Below are positions 21,151 to 30,630 of a stretch of 64,000 nt of DNA, piece by piece. The stretch is from the NCBI GenBank assembly GCA_964551725.1, contig CAZKED010000002.1, positions 1-64,000 of the forward strand, written 5' to 3'. Position numbers and translations under genes: made by a program. The notes below the pieces were generated by a model. The model saw nothing but the letters and a program-made list of their open reading frames with translations. It made no database searches and was not told where the DNA came from. This DNA is from an uncultured archaeon (GTDB lineage: Archaea > Iainarchaeota > Iainarchaeia > Iainarchaeales > DTGL01). How positions within the stretch are numbered: position 1 is the stretch's first letter; the number at the start of each line of letters is the position of its first letter.

Positions 21151-22167
21151 ATGGTTTCCCCGGAGCAATTGCGGTTCGCGCAAAAATATCCCTTCACTGC
21201 CACGGCAAAAAACGCAATCAAATCGCTTGATGTTTCGCTGGGAAAAATAAGCGAGGACGTGCGCGAAAGAGCGGTATTGCGCGTGCAGAACGCTCTCTCC
21301 CGCAAGCCGTACGCTTACCGCATTTTTGGGGAGGACCGCGAATTGCTTGAAAACGAAGTGCTTTCCTTTCCCGTGGCAAAAATAATAGTCTCATTGCTCG
21401 AAGTGCCCTTTGCTGCTGAAAGGTTTGCGGAAAGCGTTTCAGACTCAGCACTGGAATTCCTGCGCAGCGCGGATAACCCGCTGGACGAAGCAACCGCGCT
21501 TTCTTCCGAACTCAAAGTAAAATTCGACTTGGACGAGGAAACGCGCTTCCTTGTCCAGTTGCAGTCCTTCCTTTCAATTCCTTTCAGGCATGCTTCCCTC
21601 AAACTCATAAACCGCGATGTGGAAAAGGGAAAGGTTTTTTTGGAACAGGAAGCATTCGCCCTCTTCCTTTCGGAAAAAGCATTCGCCCTCGTGCTCGAAT
21701 CACTGCCAGTGCAAGGGCAGGGATTCCCCCCGTGGCTCAAGGAAGCCGCGCTTTCAATTTCCAAGCAGTACACGAAGAAAAGGCGCGCTTCTTTCGGCAG
21801 GATTTCGGGAAGGGTGCGCGCGGAATTCTTTCCGCCGTGCATGGAAGCACTCTACGCAGACCTCCAGCGAGGCAAAAACCTGCCTCACATGGCCCGCTTT
21901 ACGCTTACAACCTTTCTCAATGCAGCGGGAATGCCGCAGGAGGAAATAGTGCGGGCGTTCTCCAGCGCCCCGAATTACAGCGAGCGCATAACACGCTACC
22001 AGGTGAAAAAAATATGCTCATTGAAAGGTCGCGGTTATTCTCCGCCAACGTGCGCAAAACTGAAATCCGCGGGACTGTGCAATGCCTCGTGCAGCGTAAA
22101 GAGCCCCATGCAGTTTTACCGCCGCGGTTTTTTCAAGGGAAAGAGAGAAAATGGAAAGAAAAAGTGA
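21151..22167 (+). CDS. priL: DNA primase large subunit
   Basis: KYPF, FFPPCM...LPHMARF...YSPPTC...LC...C..KSP Fe-S domain. Confidence 0.92.
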   Translation: MVSPEQLRFAQKYPFTATAKNAIKSLDVSLGKISEDVRERAVLRVQNALSRKPYAYRIFGEDRELLENEVLSFPVAKIIVSLLEVPFAAERFAESVSDSALEFLRSADNPLDEATALSSELKVKFDLDEETRFLVQLQSFLSIPFRHASLKLINRDVEKGKVFLEQEAFALFLSEKAFALVLESLPVQGQGFPPWLKEAALSISKQYTKKRRASFGRISGRVRAEFFPPCMEALYADLQRGKNLPHMARFTLTTFLNAAGMPQEEIVRAFSSAPNYSERITRYQVKKICSLKGRGYSPPTCAKLKSAGLCNASCSVKSPMQFYRRGFFKGKRENGKKK

Positions 22168-23473
22168 TTTTATGGATATTGAAAGCCAAAAATTTTTGGA
22201 GGAAAAATTCCACTCGTATTACGATTCCAGGAGAATTCCCGCGGTTCCCTCAATTGAGGCGCGGGAGTTCGGAATAGGCAGTTTCGGCAAAAAAATAGTG
22301 AAAAGGCATTTGTCTTTTGCGGGAGAAAAAGAATTCAATGCGTTTCTCCGCTCCGATGCACCGCCGTACATTTCGTACTCCAGCGCCTATTACAGTAAGC
22401 CTTCCGCCCGCCCTATGGAGGCAAAGGGCTTTTCCGGTGCCGATTTGGTGTACGAATTCGATGCAGACGACATTCCAACGGACTGCAAGAAAAAGCACGA
22501 TTCCTGGAAATGCGGGGAATGCGGTGCCGAAGGCAGGGGCGCGCAATCGCATTGCACCGAGTGCGGTTCTCCCGTCAGCGTGCAGCAGTGGTTCTGTCCC
22601 GAATGCCTTGAGGCAGCGAAGCGTGAAACACTGAAACTGCTCGAAATCCTCGAAAAAGAGTTCGATTTCTCCAGCATTTCCGTCAACTTTTCCGGCAATG
22701 CGGGCTACCACGTGCACATAAGAAGCAATGAAGTCCGCGCTCTTTCACAGCGCGCCCGCATTGAACTCCTGGACTATCTCACGCTCAACGAATTCGATTC
22801 CGGAGCGCACGGATTTGGTGTTCCTCTATTCAGCGGCGAGTCAAGGGATTCCGCAACGCTCACCTGCCCCATTCCCTCAAAATCCAAGGGCTTGACCAAG
22901 CGCTTTATGAAAAGGCTTGTTTCCTTCATAAAGGAATGGGACGCGGAAAAACTCGCGGTTTACGGAATGATTAAAAGGAAGGAATCAGCCTTCCTCCTGA
23001 AAAACAAGGAAAACATTCTCAAAAAAATAGGGCAGGGAATACTGCTCCCAATTGATGCTTCAAGGTCCTCAACCTCGCAGAAGTTCTGGCGCTCTCTCAT
23101 TGAAAAGGCGTTGATTGAGGAATCCATAAAACTCAACGTGGACAGGCAGGTTTCCACAGATTTGCACCGCATTCTCAGAATGCCCGGCACACTGCACGGC
23201 GGCACGGGTCTCGTTGCCTCGGCTGTCAGTGCGGGGCAGCTTAAAAAATTCAATCCTTTCAGGGATTCCGTTGCCTTTTCCGCCGAACCGGAAAAGGTTT
23301 TTATTAACAATTCTCCAGAATTTGAATTGAAGGGCGAAAAATTTCCCGCTTACAGGGAACAGGAAGCGGAACTGCCCTGCTTTGCAGCGGTTTACCTGAT
23401 TGCAAAGGGGCGCGCTTCAATCGGGGGCAAGAGAAATGGATTACACCGAGTTGAGGAGAGTCTACAGGCTTGA
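22151..23473 (+). CDS. priS: DNA primase small (catalytic) subunit
   Basis: REFG, YSSAYY, DLVYEFDADD, FSGNAGYHVH, DRQVSTDLHRILRMPGTLHG. Confidence 0.92.
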   Translation: MERKSDFMDIESQKFLEEKFHSYYDSRRIPAVPSIEAREFGIGSFGKKIVKRHLSFAGEKEFNAFLRSDAPPYISYSSAYYSKPSARPMEAKGFSGADLVYEFDADDIPTDCKKKHDSWKCGECGAEGRGAQSHCTECGSPVSVQQWFCPECLEAAKRETLKLLEILEKEFDFSSISVNFSGNAGYHVHIRSNEVRALSQRARIELLDYLTLNEFDSGAHGFGVPLFSGESRDSATLTCPIPSKSKGLTKRFMKRLVSFIKEWDAEKLAVYGMIKRKESAFLLKNKENILKKIGQGILLPIDASRSSTSQKFWRSLIEKALIEESIKLNVDRQVSTDLHRILRMPGTLHGGTGLVASAVSAGQLKKFNPFRDSVAFSAEPEKVFINNSPEFELKGEKFPAYREQEAELPCFAAVYLIAKGRASIGGKRNGLHRVEESLQA

Positions 23474-23993
23474 AAAGAATTCCTCCCAGCTCGTAAAGCT
23501 CGAACCCGGATTTTACCCCGACCTGAAAGCATTGCTGCGGGAACAGCGTTCCTCTTACCTTTCAAACATAAAAAACGGCAATCTCTCAAAAGCAAAAAAT
23601 TACTCCGAATTAACAAAGCTTGTGAGGGAAATCCTCCAGCTCAGGGAGAAAAAAATACTCCACAAAGCACTTGTTGTTTCCCGCAGCGGCGAATTCTCCG
23701 ATTCAAACCTCACAAAAGAGGAAAAGAAAACCTTTTCAGGAATACTTGAGGTGCTGCGGTCTCACAAATCCGAAATAAACGGATTGCTCGGGGAAAGCGA
23801 AAAACCCGAATCAAGGAAAAAGTCTGAGCGCAAGGATTCACAGTCCGTAAAAGTGAGCATTTCAAAAGAAGTGCCGGCTTTTGTGAGCGCGGACATGAAA
23901 GAGTATGGACCCTTTTCCGAGGGACAGGAAGTCGAGCTTCCCAAAAAAACCGCCGAACTCCTCGTTTCAAGAAAACTCGCGGAATTCAAGTAA
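23436..23993 (+). CDS. GINS complex subunit (Gins51-like)
   Basis: EKNSSQLVKL...FY, LREKKI, C-terminal B domain VPAFVSADMKEYGPF; follows priS. Confidence 0.85.
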   Translation: MDYTELRRVYRLEKNSSQLVKLEPGFYPDLKALLREQRSSYLSNIKNGNLSKAKNYSELTKLVREILQLREKKILHKALVVSRSGEFSDSNLTKEEKKTFSGILEVLRSHKSEINGLLGESEKPESRKKSERKDSQSVKVSISKEVPAFVSADMKEYGPFSEGQEVELPKKTAELLVSRKLAEFK

Positions 23994-24052
23994 CCAGCGC
24001 GGGATTCAGCGATTTTCCTCCCGCCGCGCTTCGGAAATAAACGCTTTTTTAA

Positions 24053-25109
24053 TTGTTTGTTGGGGCCCCGTTGCCTCGAGCGGCAGGGGGAAGAGAGCGA
24101 ACTTTAGGGGAAATGCACTCTCAGGTCAGCCAGAACGTGGCTGACAGGATAGACAAGGCTTTTAGGAATTTTTTGCGAGAATCAAGCGGGGCGAAAAAAA
24201 GAAAGGATTTCCACGCTTCAAGAAATACGGAACTTATAGCAGCATCACATTGCCACAGATAACCAATCCAAAATACGTAGGCAAGAAAACCTATTTTCCT
24301 AAGATAGGGTGGATTAACACAAAATACCATAGAAAAATAGAGGGAACGCCGAAGGCGGTTACTATAAAAAAGGCAAAAAGTGGAAAATGCTTCATAACAG
24401 TTTGTTGCGATAGCATAAGCAAAAAGCCCGTCAAAACACCCAACAACGAAATTGGCATTGATTTAGGGTTGAACCATTTTATTGCTACGAGCGATGGCGA
24501 GTTCTTTGAACACCCAAAGCCAATGAAGAAACTCTCGAAAAAAAGGAAGAGGGCAAACAGGCGTTTTAGTAAGACAAAGAAGAGAAGTGAGAATAGAAAC
24601 AAGGCGAGAGTTAGGCTGGCGAGAACGGATGAAAAAATTGCAAACATTAGGAACGATTTTGGTTGGAAGACTTGCCTTGCTCTCATTAAAAAATACAAAA
24701 CAATTTATGTAGAAGACTTGAGCATAAATCCAATGATGAAGAATCATTACTTGGCTGGTTCAATAACTGATGTTTCCTGGAACGACTTTCTGCAAAAGCT
24801 TTCCTTCAAGGCTGAAAGTGCTGGTGGGAGAATAGTGAAAGTTAATCCGAGGAATACATCGCAAGTGTGCAGCAAATGCAATAGAGAAGTTAAAAAAGGT
24901 TTGGCTGTAAGAATTCATAAATGCCCTTACTGTGGTTTGGAAATGGATCGTGATGTAAATGCTGCACGTAATATACTCAAAGGAGCTACGGCTGGACGAG
25001 CCGGAAGTCACGCTTGTGGAGATTCTCATTGGAGAATCGATGAATCAAGAACTACACGCCATGAAATAGGGGCTGAAAGCCCACGCTCTCAAGCGTGGGA
25101 GGATGTCAC
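24053..25109 (+). mobile_element. Degenerate IS200/IS605-family (IS1341-like) element, tnpB only
   Basis: Left hairpin 24066-24090, tnpB remnant, right-end hairpin CCCACGC-TCTCAA-GCGTGGG followed by ..GATGTCAC; more AT-rich than flanks. Confidence 0.75.
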
Positions 25110-25134
25110 TTGTTTGTTTTCAAGTAATTCTTAA
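24113..25134 (+). pseudogene. tnpB: TnpB (RNA-guided endonuclease), 5'-truncated and frameshifted
   Basis: HSQVSQNVADRIDKAFRNF then a -1 shift at T6 (24169-24174) into ARIKRGEKKKGFPRFKK. RuvC motifs GIDLG, VEDL, DRDVNAARNI and the Zn finger are intact. The N-terminal ~50-60 aa are absent. Confidence 0.85.
24960..25129 (+). ncRNA. Putative TnpB omegaRNA/reRNA (scaffold plus guide starting at 25110)
   Basis: Overlaps the tnpB 3' end and the right-end hairpin ending TCAC, as for known reRNAs. Boundaries are inferred. Confidence 0.5.
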
Positions 25135-25183
25135 AACAATTGAAGCGTTAAAAAAACGCTGGAAAAAGCGTTTGGTGGTAAAA

Positions 25184-25384
25184 ATGGCAAAGAACCTCGG
25201 AGAAAGAATTCCCAAACCAAAAAACAAGTTTTTAAAGGTCAAATGCGAGAGCTGCGGAAACGAGCAGGTCATATTCTCGGCGCCTTCCCGCAGTGTAAAA
25301 TGCCTTGTGTGCGGGCAGGAGCTTGCCGCAAGCACAGGTCACAGGGCAAACCTCAAGGCAAAAATAGTGAAAGAATTTGAGTGA
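25184..25384 (+). CDS. rps27e: 30S ribosomal protein S27e
   Basis: KFLKVKCESCGNEQVIFS...VKCLVCG. Confidence 0.95.
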   Translation: MAKNLGERIPKPKNKFLKVKCESCGNEQVIFSAPSRSVKCLVCGQELAASTGHRANLKAKIVKEFE

Positions 25385-26162
25385 GGCAAAAATAATGGAT
25401 TTTCCGGAAGCAGGCGAAATTGTAGTGGCGGAAGTAAAGCGCGTGCTGAATTACGGCGCTTTCGTTGAACTGCCTGAATACGGAAACATGACGGGATTCA
25501 TTCACATTTCCCAAGTCGCGTCGCGCTGGGTCAAGAACATAAGGAACCACGTGCGCGAGAACCAGGTCCGCGCTGCCACTGTTCTCAAAGTGGACAGGTC
25601 AAAGAACCAGGTGGATTTATCGCTGACCAAGGTTTCCGCTCAGCAGCAGAGGGAAAAGCTCGAGGAATGGAAGCAGTCGAAGCGCTCGAAAAAGTTGCTG
25701 GAAGTGCTGGCAAAGCGCAAAAAAAAGCCGGTTTCCCTTGCAGTGAAGGAAGTGGCAGAGCCGTTGATTGAAGAACATGGTTCCTTGGCAGAGGCATTCA
25801 GGCAGATTGCCTCCGGAGGAAAAGAAAAAGCGGTTGGAGTTAAAAAAGAATGGCTGCAGGAACTCCTAAAAATAGTTGAAGAAAACATTTCCCCGCCGAG
25901 GAAAACCGTGGAGGGAATTCTCACGCTTAAAAGCCTTGAATCCAACGGTCTGGAAACAATAAAGAAAGCCCTTGCAGAGGGAAAAAAGCAGGCAAAAGGC
26001 GTTGAAGTTGAACTCTACTACAAAGGCGGCGGCAGCTATGTTTTAAAAGTTTCCGCTGAGGACTACAAGCACGCCGAAAAGGAAATGGAGAGCGTAAGGG
26101 AAAAGGTTGAGGAAATAATGAGGGCGGGCAAGGGAAGCGCGGAATTCAGCAAAAAGGGATGA
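25377..26162 (+). CDS. eif2a: Translation initiation factor 2 alpha
   Basis: FPEAGEIVV, YGAFVELPEY, IHISQVASRWVKNIR, VDLSL. Confidence 0.93.
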   Translation: MSEAKIMDFPEAGEIVVAEVKRVLNYGAFVELPEYGNMTGFIHISQVASRWVKNIRNHVRENQVRAATVLKVDRSKNQVDLSLTKVSAQQQREKLEEWKQSKRSKKLLEVLAKRKKKPVSLAVKEVAEPLIEEHGSLAEAFRQIASGGKEKAVGVKKEWLQELLKIVEENISPPRKTVEGILTLKSLESNGLETIKKALAEGKKQAKGVEVELYYKGGGSYVLKVSAEDYKHAEKEMESVREKVEEIMRAGKGSAEFSKKG

Positions 26163-26165
26163 AAA

Positions 26166-26942
26166 ATGCCTTCAAGGGTTGAAATTTTAACAAGGAAAAA
26201 ATTCAAGAAGCCCGTTCTAATCACCGGACTGCCGGGCATTGGCTTGGTGGGCAAAATTGCAGTTGACTACTTGCTAAAAGAATTCAACGCCCAAAAAATA
26301 GCGAATGTTTATTCCGATTCCTTTCCGCCTAGCGTACGCACCGAAAACGGAACGCTCGACCTCATAAGGGACGAAATTTTTTTTGCTGAATCGAAAGGAA
26401 GGCATTTCCTTTTTTTAGCCGGACCAGTTCAGCCTTCCCTTGACATTCGCATTGGCACAACCTACGGGCATTACGAGTTTGCCTCCGCGGTCGTGCAGGC
26501 GGCAAAAAAGTTCGGAGTGAAGGAAATTTTCACTCTCGCGGGAATAAACGTGGGGGACGAGCGCTTGGAGCGCGAGCCCGGCGTGGTTATAGCGGCAACG
26601 GACAAGCACCTGCTCCAGCAGCTCAAAAAACTCGGGGCAAAAGTGAATTCGAACGGCGGCCTCATTTCCGGCGCTGCTGGATTAATCCTCGGAATCGGCG
26701 CAAAGCAGGGAATTTCAGGCGCCTGCATAATGGGGGAAACGAACGCAAAGCTCATTTACGGAGACCACGGCGCTGCGGAAAAAGTGCTCAAGATTTTGGT
26801 GGAAAAGTTCGGTTTCAAAATAAAAATGGCCCACATTAAAAAGGAAGCCCGCAATATTGAGCGCGCGTTCGAGCAGTTGAGCAAGCAGTTCGAGGAAAAG
26901 CGCGAGGAATTCGAATCCGAAAAGCCGAGTTACGTGCGCTGA
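26166..26942 (+). CDS. PAC2 family proteasome assembly chaperone
   Basis: LITGLPGIGLVGKIA, ISGAAGLILG, CIMGET; C-terminal SYVR. Confidence 0.88.
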   Translation: MPSRVEILTRKKFKKPVLITGLPGIGLVGKIAVDYLLKEFNAQKIANVYSDSFPPSVRTENGTLDLIRDEIFFAESKGRHFLFLAGPVQPSLDIRIGTTYGHYEFASAVVQAAKKFGVKEIFTLAGINVGDERLEREPGVVIAATDKHLLQQLKKLGAKVNSNGGLISGAAGLILGIGAKQGISGACIMGETNAKLIYGDHGAAEKVLKILVEKFGFKIKMAHIKKEARNIERAFEQLSKQFEEKREEFESEKPSYVR

Positions 26943-26945
26943 TTG

Positions 26946-28217
26946 TCAGAATTCCCCCAGCGTTCTCTGCCCGCTGAATGCTGAATTGCATTCCAGGCAT
27001 TCTTTCAATTCCAGTTTCTTCATTTCAAGTTCTTCCCCGCTGTCGCAGATTACCGGCTCCCCGTATTTTCCCCCGCCGCCGCTCTTGTATAACACCCTGC
27101 CGAGGCGGAAGGATTCAATTTTTTTCGCAACTTCCCCGCTGGCTTCCGCGAGTTCCACTACAGGCAAATCCACGAGCACTTTTATTTCGGACTCAAACCT
27201 GTCAATGAATTCCCTCCAGAGCGACTGCACTTTTTGGGAGTTCACATTCTCCGAGCCCAGCGCGAGTTTTATTATTTCAGCGAGAGGAATGCTGTGCATG
27301 TAAGGCGGCCTGTTTTCAGGGTGAATTTCCTGCGCGAATGCCGCCAGTTCCAGAATCCTGTGCCTCACGCCCTTTTTTATTGTGCCCTTGCATTTCGGGC
27401 ACTTCCATTTCATTCTTTCCGCGTCTTCAATGGAATAGCGTTCGTAGCATTTATTGCACGCTGTGCAGTGGTATTTTCCCTCCCCCGGGTTCAGTCCAAC
27501 GTTCAGCGTGCAGCCCCTTTCTCCCTTTCTTTCCAATGCTTTTGCCAGTTCCCCGAAGCACGGCTCCTTCATTTTAATGCGGGTGAATTCCCTTCCAATC
27601 CTGTGCGGCCAGGGAGAATGCGCGTCGCTGAAAGTGAAAAACTCATAGGAATGATTTTCTTCTATCAGGTCGGCGAAATAGGAATCCGCGCTCAGCCCCA
27701 ATTCAATGAATTTTATTTGCTCACCGCAAGCGCCGTAGCATTTCCGCACGGAATCAAAGTGCGCGTAAACGGAGTAATAGGGCGTGAAAGCGTGCGCCGG
27801 TCCGATGATGCCGCCGGCTTCGCGCACTTTTTCGGCGAGCTTTTCCGCGTTCAGCCGCAGTGTGGGTCGGCCGAAGCCCATTCCGTCCAGTCTCCCGTAA
27901 GTCTGCAGCGCACTGCGCAGTTCTTCTGCCGCGGAAAAATCCGGCAGGAAGAAAATGTGGTGCACTTTCGCCGAGTCATTAATTTCCCCGCCGAGCAGGA
28001 ATGCTGTTCCGCTGTTCTTTTCGCGGAACACTCCCTGTTCTTCCGAGAGCGATTTTTTCGCGTGCTCGAGCCATTCCCTGCAGAGAATGTCCCCTGTGCA
28101 CATTAAATGCAGGCCTTTGAGTTTTGCCTGCTCTCCTATTGCCGGGAGCAGCATGTTTTTGCTCACTCCACCCGAATAAAGCCCGTGCAGGTGCAGGTCG
28201 CAGTCGAATTCTTCCAT
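26946..28217 (-). CDS. TIGR00375 / endonuclease Q-like PHP-domain protein
   Basis: DLHLHGLYS, GPAHAFTPY, ELGLSAD, SDAHS..IGRE, Zn finger, GGGGKYG; C-terminal QRTLGEF (PIP-like). Confidence 0.88.
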   Translation of the reverse strand: MEEFDCDLHLHGLYSGGVSKNMLLPAIGEQAKLKGLHLMCTGDILCREWLEHAKKSLSEEQGVFREKNSGTAFLLGGEINDSAKVHHIFFLPDFSAAEELRSALQTYGRLDGMGFGRPTLRLNAEKLAEKVREAGGIIGPAHAFTPYYSVYAHFDSVRKCYGACGEQIKFIELGLSADSYFADLIEENHSYEFFTFSDAHSPWPHRIGREFTRIKMKEPCFGELAKALERKGERGCTLNVGLNPGEGKYHCTACNKCYERYSIEDAERMKWKCPKCKGTIKKGVRHRILELAAFAQEIHPENRPPYMHSIPLAEIIKLALGSENVNSQKVQSLWREFIDRFESEIKVLVDLPVVELAEASGEVAKKIESFRLGRVLYKSGGGGKYGEPVICDSGEELEMKKLELKECLECNSAFSGQRTLGEF

Positions 28218-28298
28218 TTTTTTCTCCCCGGGAGAATAATGCTTAAAGAATGTTGCAATAAAATGATTATAAAACAATTCAGGAAAGGGCGGGACAAA

Positions 28299-29300
28299 AT
28301 GAAGGAAGCATTTTTTTACTCAAAGGAAAAAGGAAAAGTGCGGTGTTCAGCGTGCAACCGCCGCTGTTCAATTCCCGAAAGCGCAGCGGGCTACTGCCGC
28401 GTTCGCAAGAACGTTGGCGGAAAGCTTTATTCACTGGTGTATGGGAAAACGCTCACGCTTTCGGTTGACCCGATTGAAAAAAAGCCCCTGTTCCACTTCA
28501 AGCCGGGAACGATGTGCAACGGCGTCAGCACTTACGGCTGCAATTTTTCCTGCAGGTTCTGCCAGAACCATCACATTTCGCAGGATTTCACAGAGGAAAT
28601 GATTGCCAGTGTGCCTGAAACCACTCCGGAAGAAATAGTTGAGGACACGCTGGACAAGGAAGTGGAGGGCATTGCCTACACTTATGTCGAGCCAACAATT
28701 TTTGCGGAATACGCCCTTGACACAATGAAAATAGCGAAGGAAAAATCGCTTTACAACGTGTGGGTGAGCAATGGCTACATGAGCAGGGAGTTAGCCGAAG
28801 CATTGCTTCCCTGCCTCGACGCAATAAACATAGACTTGAAGGGCAATGCTGCATTCTACAAAAAGATGTGCGGCAACGCGGACATAGGGCGTGTGAAGGA
28901 CAACATTCGCTTTTTCCACGAAAAAGGCGTTCACGTTGAGGTAACAAATCTTGTAGTGCCCGGCTATAACGATTCACGCAGCGATTTTCAGGGAGTAGCG
29001 GAATTCATTGCCTCCCTGAGCGAAGAAATGCCGCTGCATTTCTCCCGCTTTTTTCCCCATTACAAAATGCTGGATGTGCAGCCAACGCCTTTGGAAACAC
29101 TGGCTGCAGCGCTGGAGGAGGGAAAAAAAGCCGGCTTGAAATACGTGTATGCGGGCAACACGCCCAGAGAGCACAGCACGTACTGCCCCAAATGCGGAAA
29201 GCTTCTCGTGGAGAGAAGCGGCTTCTCTGCAATAGTTTCAGGGCTTGACGAGCAGGGAAAATGCGTTTTCTGCGGTTTTGACACGAAAATAGTGCGCTGA
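28299..29300 (+). CDS. amrS: AmmeMemoRadiSam system radical SAM enzyme
   Basis: DPIEKKPLFHF.PG, GCNFSCRFCQNHHISQ, PLHFSRFFPHY, STYCPKCG. Confidence 0.9.
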   Translation: MKEAFFYSKEKGKVRCSACNRRCSIPESAAGYCRVRKNVGGKLYSLVYGKTLTLSVDPIEKKPLFHFKPGTMCNGVSTYGCNFSCRFCQNHHISQDFTEEMIASVPETTPEEIVEDTLDKEVEGIAYTYVEPTIFAEYALDTMKIAKEKSLYNVWVSNGYMSRELAEALLPCLDAINIDLKGNAAFYKKMCGNADIGRVKDNIRFFHEKGVHVEVTNLVVPGYNDSRSDFQGVAEFIASLSEEMPLHFSRFFPHYKMLDVQPTPLETLAAALEEGKKAGLKYVYAGNTPREHSTYCPKCGKLLVERSGFSAIVSGLDEQGKCVFCGFDTKIVR

Positions 29301-29357
29301 AGGCATTTTCTGCGTACAGGAAGCGTTTTTTGCGCTTTTAACCGCTTTTGGTCTCCT

Positions 29358-29705
29358 CTATACAATGCCCATAAAGCGCAGCACCAGCATTACCCCTATT
29401 CCCGCCAGACCGAATATTACGCTTACCACAAGACTTGGAATGAAAGGCAGTCCGACCTTGAACACGTACTGGAGCACTATCCATGCAATTACGCCGAGAA
29501 CGGAGTTTATTATTATTTTTTTAATAAACAGCATGAAGAGCACTGCGACAACAATGAGGATTATTCCCGCTATGAGTATTTTTGGGTCGCTTACAAAGGG
29601 CAGCGCGTCCGCCAGACCCTCCGCGGCTTTTCCCAGCATCTCGGAGCCCGGCAGTTCTCCGATGCCTGATTGTAAAAGCAATTCCATAAACAAATATCCC
29701 ATCAA
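29358..29705 (-). CDS. Small membrane protein (BofA-like)
   Basis: KKIIINSVLG...VSVIFGLAGIG pattern; 3 TMs. Confidence 0.6.
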   Translation of the reverse strand: MMGYLFMELLLQSGIGELPGSEMLGKAAEGLADALPFVSDPKILIAGIILIVVAVLFMLFIKKIIINSVLGVIAWIVLQYVFKVGLPFIPSLVVSVIFGLAGIGVMLVLRFMGIV

Positions 29706-29746
29706 ACGGTTTTTAACTTTTTTTGAGGAGAATTAATGGAAGTGCA

Positions 29747-30409
29747 ATGGAAGTGATTGCAAAAATGGCGGAATTCACTGAAATCGAGAAAAAAATAGCG
29801 TTGGTCCTCTTGGAAGGCCCGATGTCGTTAAGCGAACTCCGGGAGCGCTTTCCCGGGAAGAAAGACTCGCTGCAGCAGGCGCTTAACAAAATGATAAGAC
29901 TGAATCTGGCGGAGAAAAAAGGCTCCTCCTACTCTCTCAGGGAAAAAATAGCGAAGGAATTGGAGAAGCGCAGGGACATACTCGAAAGCGATTTCTTCAA
30001 GTTGCGGCTGAAAGCGTATATTGAAATGCAGGCAGTGAACAGGGAACTGCTTGAAAGGGAGATTGCAGCAGTGGAGGAAGCAATAAAAAAACAGAAAGAC
30101 CTCACGCTTTACTCCCTGAAAGCGGAGAAAATAGCGGAACAGGAAGACTATTTCTCGACATTCATAGAACTGGACTTCACTGTTAAGGATTTTTCCACAC
30201 TGGTAAAGTTCATGTTCTTCTTTTCCCCGAGCTCAATCGAAGTAATCCGCCCCCCCAAAATCGAAATTGCCGCCTTTGACCTGCAGGAGGGGCTCATGGA
30301 CCTGATTGACATGGTGGAAAAGTACAATTCCTACATAAGAAAAGAGCACAGCAAAAAAGAACTGGACAGATTCCACAAACGCCTTTTTTCCGCACAGGGG
30401 AAAAAATGA
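29747..30409 (+). CDS. Hypothetical protein with N-terminal wHTH
   Basis: EKKIALVLLEGPMSLSEL...; C-terminal PSSIEVIRP domain. Start uncertain. Confidence 0.65.
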   Translation: MEVIAKMAEFTEIEKKIALVLLEGPMSLSELRERFPGKKDSLQQALNKMIRLNLAEKKGSSYSLREKIAKELEKRRDILESDFFKLRLKAYIEMQAVNRELLEREIAAVEEAIKKQKDLTLYSLKAEKIAEQEDYFSTFIELDFTVKDFSTLVKFMFFFSPSSIEVIRPPKIEIAAFDLQEGLMDLIDMVEKYNSYIRKEHSKKELDRFHKRLFSAQGKK

Positions 30410-30504
30410 AAAAGGCACGGTTTCGCAAATCAACGAAACCCAATTCAACAAAAAAAGTAATTATTGCCCTATGAAAAGGGCATTCTGTGAAAAAAAGGAA
30501 GCGA

Positions 30505-30525
30505 ACCGAAACGTATATAAATAAG
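30505..30525 (+). promoter_or_regulatory. BRE/TATA-like promoter of the S-layer gene
   Basis: CGAAACG-TATATAAA about 110 nt upstream of the start. Confidence 0.5.
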
Positions 30526-30630
30526 CCCCTTTATTTTATAATACACGGCCGTAATTTGCTTTCTACCCGTTACCATGGAAGACGGGCAAGATTAGCTAAT
30601 TACATACCTAAATAAAAAAAGTTTTGTGAG

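Noticed and set aside
24250-25134. TnpB as nuclease-dead TldR or Cas12f
   Set aside because: RuvC D/E/D residues are intact, there is no array nearby, and IS-type end hairpins are present.
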